Notes: a model not told the origin generated them from the letters alone. A stretch of DNA of 57,947 bases from Candidatus Micrarchaeia archaeon (GCA_049964795.1 JBMFWY010000003.1:1-57947); one strand, 5' to 3'. Numbered from the stretch's first letter, positions 37,087-45,553 are shown. Program-made: numbers and translations.

Positions 37087-38418
37087 ATGGAAGTGCCACA
37101 GACAGTAATGGAGGCATTCTCTGGGTTAAAGGCAGGGTATCCTTACTATATTTCTCTAGCGAGGATCAACGGCAAGTTCTATGTATATAGGTCGCAATCT
37201 TTTTGGGACAGTGCACAAAAGCGCGTGCGCACAAAAAAGACATATCTTGGCAGAATAGAAGAAGATGGCACATTCATCGAAAAGAAGGTAATACAAGCAC
37301 CTATACAAATAGTACATGGGTCGAGCCAGATTGATGAGATAGACAAAACAATACTTACGCATTTGAGTATGAACTGCAGGATTCCACTCTCTGTAATAGC
37401 AAAAAGGACAGGGCTTAGCGTAAGGGCAGTAGAAAACAGGAAGAAAAAACTTGAGAAGAGATTCGGTATAAGGTATCTTGCGAGTATAGTTCACGTTAAG
37501 TTGAATTTTTCACCTTATTTGTTACTCATAAAGTTCCTTAAAGAAAAGCCGCCGATAGATGACATAAGGCAAGTATTTGAAAAAGAGCCGCATGTGCAGC
37601 TGGTCATGACAACACAGGGCGAATATGATCTGCTAGTATTTATGCTAGCAGAAAGCACATTAGAACTTGAAAATGCCATTTACATATTAAGAGGTAATGA
37701 AAAAATCTCAAAATACGAAGCGGAATGGAACGCTACAGCTTTTCAGGATAATTATAGTTATATTACGTGGAGAGATAATTTCTTTCAACTGCTAGAAAAA
37801 AAGGTATGGCATCGCAGCAAAGTTGCACCGAGGCCCCCAAGCGATAGCATTACTCGAAGAGAGTATATATTACTTAGAGAGTTGAACAGAGATGGTGCCC
37901 AACCTTTTTCTGAAATAGATAAAAGGTATAATTTTGGAAACGGTGCTGCAAAGTATACGTTTGAAAAATTAAGGAAGAAGGGTATTATTTTCAGAGAGAC
38001 CCTTACGATGCACATACCTGATATAAAATACAATGCAGCGATAATTGTTGAGATAATAAACGAATCAAAGTTCATTTATAGCCGTGAAAGTCTTCTAAAA
38101 TATATGATCAAAGATACAGATGGACCTACAAACACTTTCGCGTATGTTGCTGAAATAACCGCGCCTAACGGTTTCTTGTTTATATTGCCAGTAATTAACG
38201 AAGGAAAACTAGAAGAGGAGATAGAAAATATATCAAAGCAGATAAAAGGTATTACTATCAAATCGATGATAATTACCCAGACGGTCTTAGGAGAACTATG
38301 CTATAGGAGAATAGATAATAATCAGTCAAGTCAGATGGAGATATTAGTTTCAAGATATAAAATACCACCACCAAAAGAAAGAGTAGACTATGAAACAGAA
38401 AAAATAGAAAGTAAATAA
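37087..38418 (+). CDS. tandem Lrp/AsnC-type regulator (two HTH + ligand-domain units) with a transposase-like N-terminal domain
   Basis: HTH1 IDEIDKTILTHLSMNCRIPLSVIAKRTGLS; ligand domain with TQGEYDLL; HTH2 REYILLRELNRDGAQPFSEID; N-terminal INGKFYVYRSQSFWD...YLGRI. Confidence 0.8.
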   Translation: MEVPQTVMEAFSGLKAGYPYYISLARINGKFYVYRSQSFWDSAQKRVRTKKTYLGRIEEDGTFIEKKVIQAPIQIVHGSSQIDEIDKTILTHLSMNCRIPLSVIAKRTGLSVRAVENRKKKLEKRFGIRYLASIVHVKLNFSPYLLLIKFLKEKPPIDDIRQVFEKEPHVQLVMTTQGEYDLLVFMLAESTLELENAIYILRGNEKISKYEAEWNATAFQDNYSYITWRDNFFQLLEKKVWHRSKVAPRPPSDSITRREYILLRELNRDGAQPFSEIDKRYNFGNGAAKYTFEKLRKKGIIFRETLTMHIPDIKYNAAIIVEIINESKFIYSRESLLKYMIKDTDGPTNTFAYVAEITAPNGFLFILPVINEGKLEEEIENISKQIKGITIKSMIITQTVLGELCYRRIDNNQSSQMEILVSRYKIPPPKERVDYETEKIESK

Positions 38419-38443
38419 TATAGAGAAAAATAACTTTAAAGAT

Positions 38444-38542
38444 TTAAAGTGGAACTGGCCTCTTCCAGATAATTCTTCCGCCAGATCCATCTCCGGTTCC
38501 TCCGCCTCCTGAATCCTGCCCCCGCTTTATCAAATCTTCCAT
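38444..38542 (-). CDS. 32-aa Gly-rich peptide
   Basis: MEDLIKRGQDSGGGGTGDGSGGRIIWKRPVPL*; AAGGTG SD 5 nt before the ATG and TTATTTAAAA upstream. Confidence 0.65.
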   Translation of the reverse strand: MEDLIKRGQDSGGGGTGDGSGGRIIWKRPVPL

Positions 38543-38705
38543 GTTTACACCTTTTGTAATAATTACTACGATACTCTCTTTACTGGAAGGTTTTAAATAA
38601 GTTTTGGAGAGCTTTGGAACTATAAATGCTTTTGCGGGATAAACTAACAATCATTGAATATTTAAAAACGGAAAGTCTACAGAAGAGGTAGATAATTCTA
38701 CGAAG

Positions 38706-38948
38706 ATGAGCCAATTAGGCAAAATAGCGACTGGGTATTTTGCTGCTGTGGCTGCGGTAGACATAGGAGCTGGAATATATCTGCTGCTATCTCATGGCGA
38801 GTACAATGGTATGGAAGGTATTTTGGTGGGCAGCTTTTCGGCTGCGGCAGGCGTAACAATAGGGATGGGGAACAGAACAAGCCACGGTCTACGTGCTGCA
38901 AAAGAGCAAATTCTTCTAAGGACAAAAGTTACTGTTGAACCTGCTTGA
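38706..38948 (+). CDS. small two-TM Gly/Ala-rich membrane protein
   Basis: GAGGT SD, two hydrophobic segments and a T-rich terminator downstream. Confidence 0.65.
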   Translation: MSQLGKIATGYFAAVAAVDIGAGIYLLLSHGEYNGMEGILVGSFSAAAGVTIGMGNRTSHGLRAAKEQILLRTKVTVEPA

Positions 38949-39229
38949 TCTAACGGCTTTTATTGCTTTCTTTTTCTTCGCTTTCTTTGTTCTGTTCTGA
39001 TTTCACGCGCTGCGGATCGGCACTAAATAGGATAGCTGGGCTTGCTTCCGGAAATCTTTCTTCTGCTCTGCAATTCGCAACACATTTATATGTTTTCCTC
39101 TTACAATTCTCACAGTAACAGGATAGTTTTTATATATCTTTATTTTCAATTCTATCACTGCTCTGCGATTTGTATCCTTCATTTGCAGGAATTGAATTGC
39201 GGCGCGTGTTTGCTTTGATTGTGATCTAA

Positions 39230-39694
39230 ATGACAGACCTATCTGGAGATATACGCTTGGCAGTAGACAGCGGCAAGGTAGCGATAGGAGCGAACAGTGT
39301 CATCGCTTCCATAACTACAGGCACGGCAAAATTAGTCGTCCTCTCACCTAAGGGCAAGCAGGATCCTTACAATGATATTTTACACCTTGCAAAGTTGTCA
39401 GAACTTAGGATTATAAAATTTGAAGGGAACCCTATAGAACTTGGGGCAGTATGCGGAAAACCCTTTCCGGTATCTGCGATAGCTATAATAAATCCAGGCA
39501 ACTCAAATATACTCAACGAAGATTATTCAAAACAGACAAATACTGCGGAAGAGGAGAAGAGAGCTGCAAGGAAAGAAAAGAAGGAAAAGAGGAGGAAGGC
39601 AAAGGAAGAAGCTATTGAGAAGGAAGAGGAAGAAGCACGTGTAGACAATGATGATGCACAAGAAGAAGGCGAAGGAGCCCAAGAAGGTGCTTAA
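39230..39694 (+). CDS. rpl30e: 50S ribosomal protein L30e with a charged C-terminal tail
   Basis: AVDSGKVAIG and ELGAVCGKPF...IINPGNS motifs. Confidence 0.93.
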   Translation: MTDLSGDIRLAVDSGKVAIGANSVIASITTGTAKLVVLSPKGKQDPYNDILHLAKLSELRIIKFEGNPIELGAVCGKPFPVSAIAIINPGNSNILNEDYSKQTNTAEEEKRAARKEKKEKRRKAKEEAIEKEEEEARVDNDDAQEEGEGAQEGA

Positions 39695-39723
39695 AAATAT
39701 TATTAATAAATTATGTGGTAATC

Positions 39724-40152
39724 ATGGGAAATGGAGAATTTGCCGCTAGAAAACTTCTTAAGCAAAGAAAGCATCAGGTTATGCTGAAGAAATGGTTGAA
39801 AAGGAAAAAGCTGAAGTTAAAGCAGAAGTATGACCCGGTAGGCGTCGTACCCAGAGCAAAGGCTCTCGTCATCGAGAAATATGCGCTTCAGCAAAAGCAA
39901 CCAAACTCAGGGAATATAAAATGCGTGAAGGTGCAGCTAATAAAGAATAACAAAATTGTGGGCGCTTTCGTGCCTAAGGATGGATCTATCAACTTTATCG
40001 ACGAACACGATGAAGTCACGATAGAAGGCCTTGGCGGTTCTCAAAGAGGCCAGATGGGAGCGATACCAGGAGTAAGATTCAAAGTGGTCGAGGTTAACGG
40101 AACGAGCCTTGAAGAAATAAGGACTGGCAGGAAAGAGAAACCCAAGAGATGA
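39724..40152 (+). CDS. rps12: 30S ribosomal protein S12 (uS12)
   Basis: GEFAARKL, KQPNS, KCVKVQLIKN, FIDEHDEV and PGVRFKV motifs. Confidence 0.95.
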   Translation: MGNGEFAARKLLKQRKHQVMLKKWLKRKKLKLKQKYDPVGVVPRAKALVIEKYALQQKQPNSGNIKCVKVQLIKNNKIVGAFVPKDGSINFIDEHDEVTIEGLGGSQRGQMGAIPGVRFKVVEVNGTSLEEIRTGRKEKPKR

Positions 40153-40925
40153 AACAGGTTGATTACATGGATAAAGCCGAAGTTAATGTTGAAAAAGAGG
40201 CAAAAATGGCGCAGGGAGCTGCCGAGATGCAAAAGAATGCGCACGAAGCATCAACACAGAAGAGCGCGCAGAAAAGAAAGCCGATACAGAAAAAGGAGGC
40301 TGCATCCTTGTCTAATCTTGAGGATACTTCGATGCTTTTCGGCAAATATGATTATAATGTAACGATATCCGATGTGAGCCTTAAGAACTACATTAATTTG
40401 AAACCTCTTGAATACCCTAACTCGTTCAGGAGAAACAGCAACAAGGACTTTTCCAAAACAGGGATAAATGTAGTGGAAAGGCTTGAGAACTACCTTATGA
40501 GAGGAGGTACAGGTAAGAAGATAGGAAGCCATGTAATAAGAACAAAAGGCAGGCTTCAAGGCAAAAAGATCAAAGTTATGCATATAGTCGAAAGGGCATT
40601 TGACAAGATAGCAGACAAGACAAAAGAAAACCCGCTTCAAGTCTTTATAAGAGCCCTTGAGAACAGCGCGCCGATTGAGGATACTACTAGGGTCAGATAT
40701 GGAGGTGTAGTTGCAAACGTTACGGTAGATATAAGCGCAAGCAAAAGGATGGATATAGCGCTTAGGAATATTGCTTTTGCTACAGTAATTAGCGCATTCG
40801 ACAAAAAGAGGAGCATAGTCGATGCGCTTGCAGATGAGCTTATTATGGCAGCAAACAACGATATCAACAGCTATGCAGTCAAGAGGAAGAACGAAATAGA
40901 GCGCATGGCAAGGAGCGCAAGATAA
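40149..40925 (+). CDS. rps7: 30S ribosomal protein S7 with an N-terminal extension
   Basis: LFGKY, NPLQV..ALENSAPIED and ERMARSAR motifs. Confidence 0.95.
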   Translation: MKQVDYMDKAEVNVEKEAKMAQGAAEMQKNAHEASTQKSAQKRKPIQKKEAASLSNLEDTSMLFGKYDYNVTISDVSLKNYINLKPLEYPNSFRRNSNKDFSKTGINVVERLENYLMRGGTGKKIGSHVIRTKGRLQGKKIKVMHIVERAFDKIADKTKENPLQVFIRALENSAPIEDTTRVRYGGVVANVTVDISASKRMDIALRNIAFATVISAFDKKRSIVDALADELIMAANNDINSYAVKRKNEIERMARSAR

Positions 40926-40939
40926 AGCGGTGCTGATTT

Positions 40940-43135
40940 ATGGTAAGGAAAGAATTGATGGTAGAGGAAATCTCAAAACTCATGAAGGATTATGACAGAA
41001 TAAGAAACATAGCGATAATTGCGCATGTGCACCATGGCAAGACTACACTTACGGATTCGCTTCTTGCAAAGGCAGGCCTTATCTCGAAGACCGTAGCAGG
41101 AGACGTGCTCTATACTAATTATGATGCGATAGAAAAGGAAAGGAAAATGACGATTAAATCGGCAAATATCTCTCTAGGGTTCAAGTACAAGGACAATGAT
41201 TACATAATAAACCTGATCGACACGCCAGGCCACGTAGATTTTGGAGGGCATGTCACAAGGTCGATGAGGGCTGTAGACGGCGCAGTACTTGTAATAGACC
41301 CTGTTGAAATGATAATGCCGCAAACAGAAACAGTTCTGAAGCAGGCGCTAAAGGAAAAGGTGAGGCCTGTGCTTTTCGTGAACAAGGTAGACAGGCTTCT
41401 AAGTGAGCTTAAACTCACGCCTGAGCAGACGCAGGAGAGGCTTCTGGAGCTTGTGCGCAAGGTCAACTATTTCATAGAGCAATTTGCGCCTGAAGAGTTT
41501 GTCGAAAAGTGGAAAGTAAGCGTTGAAGGGAATAGCGTTGCTTTCGGCTCTGCGTATGACAAATGGGCAGTTTCAAAAACAATAATGGAGAAATACAAAA
41601 TCACTTTCAAAGATGTTTTCAAATACTTTGAAGAAGGCAGGGAGAAGGAACTTCAGCAGATAGCGCCGATAGAGGAAGCGATATTGCCTATGATAGTAGA
41701 GAACCTTCCAAATCCGAGACAGGCGCAGCCTTATAGAATACCGTTAATATGGCATGGAGATATCAACAGCGAAGACGGCAAGGCCATGATGAACGCGGAC
41801 TTCAACGCAAAGACAAATATAGTCGTCTTCGGCATAACATATGACCAGCATAGTGGAGAAGTGGCAGTCGGAAGAGTTTTCTCCGGAATCGCAAGGAAAG
41901 GAGTTGAACTTCACATTTCAGGCAAAAATAATACCGAAAGGATACAGCAGGTCGGCGTTTATATGGGCCCGGACAGAGTGACAGTTGAAGAGGTGCCTGC
42001 TGGCAACATAGCGACGATAGTAGGCTTGAGCGATTTGACAATAGGGGATACGCTCAGTGAAAATATCATAGAGCCCTTCGATCCAATAAAGCACTATTCA
42101 AAGCCTGTAGTAACAAAGGCTATAGAGGCGAAGGATTCAAGGGATACGATGAAGCTTATCGAAGCGCTCAGGGAGCTCTCAAAAGAAGACCCCACAATCC
42201 AAGCAGAGATAAACCAGGAAACTGGCGAGCATTTGGTAAGCGGAATGGGAGAGCTTCATCTTGAGATTATAGAAACGAAGCTTAAGGATGAATTTGGTAT
42301 ACCAATAATATCAAGCGAGCCTATAGTAGTATACAATGAGGCAATAGAGACTAAAGCGGGACCAGTAGAAAGCAAGACCCCGAACAGGCATTCCAAATTC
42401 TATATAACCGTAGAGCCATTGCCTCCTGCTTTGCTCAAGGAGCTGGACGATGGTGCAATAAAAGAGGGCAAGCCAAAAGGCCAGGCGGCAATAGAGCTAA
42501 TGGTAAAGAACGGACTCGACAGGAATATTGCCAAGAACGTAGTGGATATATACAACAGGTGCATCCTTAGCGATGTCACTCACGGCGTGCAATACATCAA
42601 TGAGGTAATGGAAAATGTGATAGAAGGTTTTGAAGAAGCGATAAAAGACGGCCCTCTCGCAAGGCAGAAAGTTGCAGGGGTGCTTGTCAGCATAGTCGAT
42701 GCTACAATACACGAGGACCCGGTGCACAGGGGTCCTGCGCAGGTAATTCCTGCAATAAGAAATGGAGTGTATGCTGCACTGCTGGAAGCTGGAGTAACGC
42801 TCTTAGAGCCAAAGCAGAATTATGAGATAACTATACCGCAAGAGTATATGTCAGATGTGATATCATTCCTGCAAGGGATGAGAGGAGTAATACTTGATAT
42901 ACAGCAAGACAGGGATCAAGTAATAATAAAGGCGAAGGTGCCTGTGGCAGAGACGCTCAAGAATTTCTCCAACGGCTTGAGAAGCCTAACGCAAGGAAGG
43001 GCACTATGGGCAATGGAATTTGCAGGATATGAAAAGGTGCCGCAGTCGCTACAATCCCAGGTAGTTAGAGAAATAAGGAAGAGGAAAGGAGTTGCTGAAG
43101 AGCCGCCGAAGCCGGAAGACTTTCTTGTAGGCTGA
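40940..43135 (+). CDS. fusA: elongation factor 2
   Basis: IRNIAIIAH..HGKTT, DTPGHVDFGG, NKVD, GMGELHLE and diphthamide loop HEDPVHRGPAQ. Confidence 0.97.
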   Translation: MVRKELMVEEISKLMKDYDRIRNIAIIAHVHHGKTTLTDSLLAKAGLISKTVAGDVLYTNYDAIEKERKMTIKSANISLGFKYKDNDYIINLIDTPGHVDFGGHVTRSMRAVDGAVLVIDPVEMIMPQTETVLKQALKEKVRPVLFVNKVDRLLSELKLTPEQTQERLLELVRKVNYFIEQFAPEEFVEKWKVSVEGNSVAFGSAYDKWAVSKTIMEKYKITFKDVFKYFEEGREKELQQIAPIEEAILPMIVENLPNPRQAQPYRIPLIWHGDINSEDGKAMMNADFNAKTNIVVFGITYDQHSGEVAVGRVFSGIARKGVELHISGKNNTERIQQVGVYMGPDRVTVEEVPAGNIATIVGLSDLTIGDTLSENIIEPFDPIKHYSKPVVTKAIEAKDSRDTMKLIEALRELSKEDPTIQAEINQETGEHLVSGMGELHLEIIETKLKDEFGIPIISSEPIVVYNEAIETKAGPVESKTPNRHSKFYITVEPLPPALLKELDDGAIKEGKPKGQAAIELMVKNGLDRNIAKNVVDIYNRCILSDVTHGVQYINEVMENVIEGFEEAIKDGPLARQKVAGVLVSIVDATIHEDPVHRGPAQVIPAIRNGVYAALLEAGVTLLEPKQNYEITIPQEYMSDVISFLQGMRGVILDIQQDRDQVIIKAKVPVAETLKNFSNGLRSLTQGRALWAMEFAGYEKVPQSLQSQVVREIRKRKGVAEEPPKPEDFLVG

Positions 43136-43215
43136 ACAAGTACTGCATACCAAAACTTAAAAACCTTTGCGGCGAATAATATATGCGGTTTCTTCCTCGC
43201 ATATGCATGCAATGC

Positions 43216-43246
43216 TTACCGATGAAGTTGGACTGACAGATGGTGA
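43216..43246 (+). promoter_or_regulatory. kink-turn-like hairpin in the rpl7ae 5' leader
   Basis: GATGA...CTGA box C/D-like pair; GA-AGT-TGG-ACT-GA hairpin; TTACC can pair with the GGTGA SD. Confidence 0.5.
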
Positions 43247-43251
43247 AACAA

Positions 43252-43701
43252 ATGGCAAAATCATACGTGAAGTTCGAAGTGTCGAATGATGTTGTGGCGA
43301 AAGTGTATGAAGCTTTGCAGCTTGCAAAGCAATCCGGTACTGTAAGAAAGGGCGCTAACGAGGTTACAAAAAGTGTCGAAAGAGGGCTTGCTACATTTGT
43401 CGCTATAGCGGGCGATGTAGAGCCGGAGGAAGTAGTTATGCACATACCTTCGATATGCGAAAGCAAAAAGGTCCCGTACGTTTTCGTACCTAGCAAGCAG
43501 GAGCTTGGCAAGGCTATAGGGCTTAATGTTCAATGCACTGCAGTGGCTGTCGAAGGCAGAGGCAAAGCTTCAGGCCAGTTTGAGGATATAGTTTCAAGGA
43601 TAACAGGCAAAGCGCAGCAGAAGGATCAAGAAAAGAAGGAAGCAAAGCCAAAGCAAGAGAAAGAAGCAAGTGCCGAAAAGCCAGTAAATACAGCGGTTTG
43701 A
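43252..43701 (+). CDS. rpl7ae: 50S ribosomal protein L7Ae
   Basis: RKGANEVTKSVERG, DVEPEEVVMH and SKQELGKAIGL motifs. Confidence 0.96.
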   Translation: MAKSYVKFEVSNDVVAKVYEALQLAKQSGTVRKGANEVTKSVERGLATFVAIAGDVEPEEVVMHIPSICESKKVPYVFVPSKQELGKAIGLNVQCTAVAVEGRGKASGQFEDIVSRITGKAQQKDQEKKEAKPKQEKEASAEKPVNTAV

Positions 43702-43730
43702 ACAAAGAATAAAGTATTAAAGTGTTGCAC

Positions 43731-44051
43731 ATGGCAGCGAACAATGAAAAAGGGGACGCCCAGGAGAAGGGAAGGCAGGAAGAGCCGAAGGAAAAGACTG
43801 AAAAGCCTGCCGCTGAAGCATCACAGGGACAGCCGAATGCATTTAGGGGAATTGCTGCAGAAATCGTTGAAGTAAGCAATAAAGGAAAAACTGGCATGTA
43901 CGGTGAAATCTATACTGTAATGTGCAATATACTTGAGGGTAGAGATAAAGGCAGGGTCATAAAGAGGAATATACTCGGGCCTGTGAAGGTTGGGGATATA
44001 GTAAGGCTTGTAGATACAAGCAGAGAAGCCAAGCAAATATCTGTAAGATAA
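43731..44051 (+). CDS. rps28e: 30S ribosomal protein S28e with an N-terminal extension
   Basis: GKTGMYGE and ILEGRDKGRVIKRNILGPVKVGDI motifs. Confidence 0.93.
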   Translation: MAANNEKGDAQEKGRQEEPKEKTEKPAAEASQGQPNAFRGIAAEIVEVSNKGKTGMYGEIYTVMCNILEGRDKGRVIKRNILGPVKVGDIVRLVDTSREAKQISVR

Positions 44052-44086
44052 GCGGAAAAGCTTAGGCTGTAAAAAAGGTTATTTTT

Positions 44087-44230
44087 ATGAAATGCTCTTA
44101 TTGCTCAAAAGAAATAGAAAAGGGCAAAGGAATAATGTTTGTCCACCGCTCAGGTAAGATAAGCTATTACTGCAGTAATAGATGCTACAAATTTGATGTG
44201 GTATATCACAGGAAACTTAATAAGGAATAG
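44087..44230 (+). CDS. rpl24e: 50S ribosomal protein L24e (47 aa; not in ORF track)
   Basis: MKCSYCSKEIEKGKGIMFVHRSGKISYYCSNRCYK zinc-finger motif; follows rps28e. Confidence 0.92.
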   Translation: MKCSYCSKEIEKGKGIMFVHRSGKISYYCSNRCYKFDVVYHRKLNKE

Positions 44231-44295
44231 CAATATCTCTGCTTGCTTCTCTTGCAACAACTTGTTATTTTTTTAAGGTTAATGTGAGTAGGTAG

Positions 44296-45396
44296 CTATT
44301 TCTTCTGCGCTTGAGCTTTCTTCTTTTCTTCGGTGAATACTTCATCTAGGTCTAGCTCGTCCATTGTTTTGATGCTCCTTGCTATTCCTTCCTCAGTATA
44401 TTGAGGAAATTCTACGCCGCTTATAACTATAGTGACGCGCACTGTGTCCTTTTTCATCTCTGGATCTATCCTTGCTCCCCACTTAAGCAAAGCGTCGGAA
44501 TCTATCCTGCTCGACACTTCCTGAAAGACACTTTCCGCCTCCTTCAGCGTAAGCCCTTCTCCGCCAACTATATTTACAAGCGCTTTCTTCGCTGTTGAAA
44601 GCTCAGCGTCTAGTATTGGACTTTTTATAGCGCTCTCCAAGGCGTTTATGGCGCGCAAGCTGTTGCCATCTGGAGCCGTGCTTTCGCCGCTTCCTATTAC
44701 CGCAAATCCAGAGTCCTTCAAAACTGCGCGCAAATCTGCAAAATCAATATTGACCAAGCCAGGCTTTGTGCTCATTTCCACTATCCCCTTCGTTGCTTCC
44801 GCAAGCACTTCGTCGGAAACCCTAAAAGCCATATTAAGCGGCAGATCCGGTGCTACGGAAAGAAGCTTGTCGTTTGGGATTATGATTGTAGTATCTGAGA
44901 CCTTTTTCAGCTTGGCAAGGCCCTCAAGGGCATTTTTCATCCTTGTTTTGCCCTCGCTCGAGAAAGGTAATGTTACCACGCTTACTGTAAGAGCTCCTGC
45001 TTCCTTGGCTTCGTGCACTATTGTTGAGATGGAGCCTGTACCTGTGCCTCCGCCGAGTCCGCATGTCACAAGAACAAGAGTTGCATCGCCTATCATATGC
45101 CTTATCTCATCCTTGCTTTCAAGAGCAGCCTCTTCGCCTACCTTTATGTCGCTTCCAGCGCCCAAGCCGCGAGTTATCTTTTTGCCTATCAAAAGCTTTC
45201 TTTCGGAGCGCGTTTTTACAAGATGGGCGGCGTCAGTATTCATTGCGATTAGTGTGGCGTTGTCTATCCCTATGCTGGAAAGGCGTGTTATCGTGTTGCT
45301 TCCGCTGCCTCCTGTGCCTATCACATATATTTTTGGTCTTGCACTTTCAATAAAACGCAATATTTCCTCATCATCAGGGCTTACATTTTCAGGCAT
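44296..45396 (-). CDS. ftsZ: cell division protein FtsZ
   Basis: GTGGSGSN, NTD, GLGAG, GGGTGTG signature and NIDFAD T7 loop. Confidence 0.96.
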   Translation of the reverse strand: MPENVSPDDEEILRFIESARPKIYVIGTGGSGSNTITRLSSIGIDNATLIAMNTDAAHLVKTRSERKLLIGKKITRGLGAGSDIKVGEEAALESKDEIRHMIGDATLVLVTCGLGGGTGTGSISTIVHEAKEAGALTVSVVTLPFSSEGKTRMKNALEGLAKLKKVSDTTIIIPNDKLLSVAPDLPLNMAFRVSDEVLAEATKGIVEMSTKPGLVNIDFADLRAVLKDSGFAVIGSGESTAPDGNSLRAINALESAIKSPILDAELSTAKKALVNIVGGEGLTLKEAESVFQEVSSRIDSDALLKWGARIDPEMKKDTVRVTIVISGVEFPQYTEEGIARSIKTMDELDLDEVFTEEKKKAQAQKK

Positions 45397-45499
45397 AAAA
45401 CCACTGGTCGCTACTAAGCTGATAGGTAGGTAAAAAATAAAAGCTTAACCTTGAAAGTATATGCTAGAGGATGCGACGCATATACATTGCGAACACGCT

Positions 45500-45553
45500 C
45501 TGGTTTATTTGTGCAAAATGCATTGGTATAAAATGCTGTTGCTGGTTTATTTG
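45500..45553. repeat. 12-bp direct repeat CTGGTTTATTTG, two copies 42 bp apart
   Basis: Copies at 45500-45511 and 45542-45553 in the ftsZ/dys divergent intergenic region. Confidence 0.7.

Noticed and set aside
37087-37290. Possible IS element
   Set aside because: Only a transposase-like N-terminus is present; I saw no DDE domain, terminal inverted repeats or target duplication.
38543-38650. Upstream part of the 68-aa ORF 38444-38650
   Set aside because: It spans the TATA and SD; the SD points to ATG 38542.
44648-45433. Long antisense ORFs (261 aa over ftsZ; similar ones over aIF6, the aminotransferase and smc)
   Set aside because: They are in codon register with conserved genes, have Ser/Phe/Leu-rich shadow composition and show no motifs.
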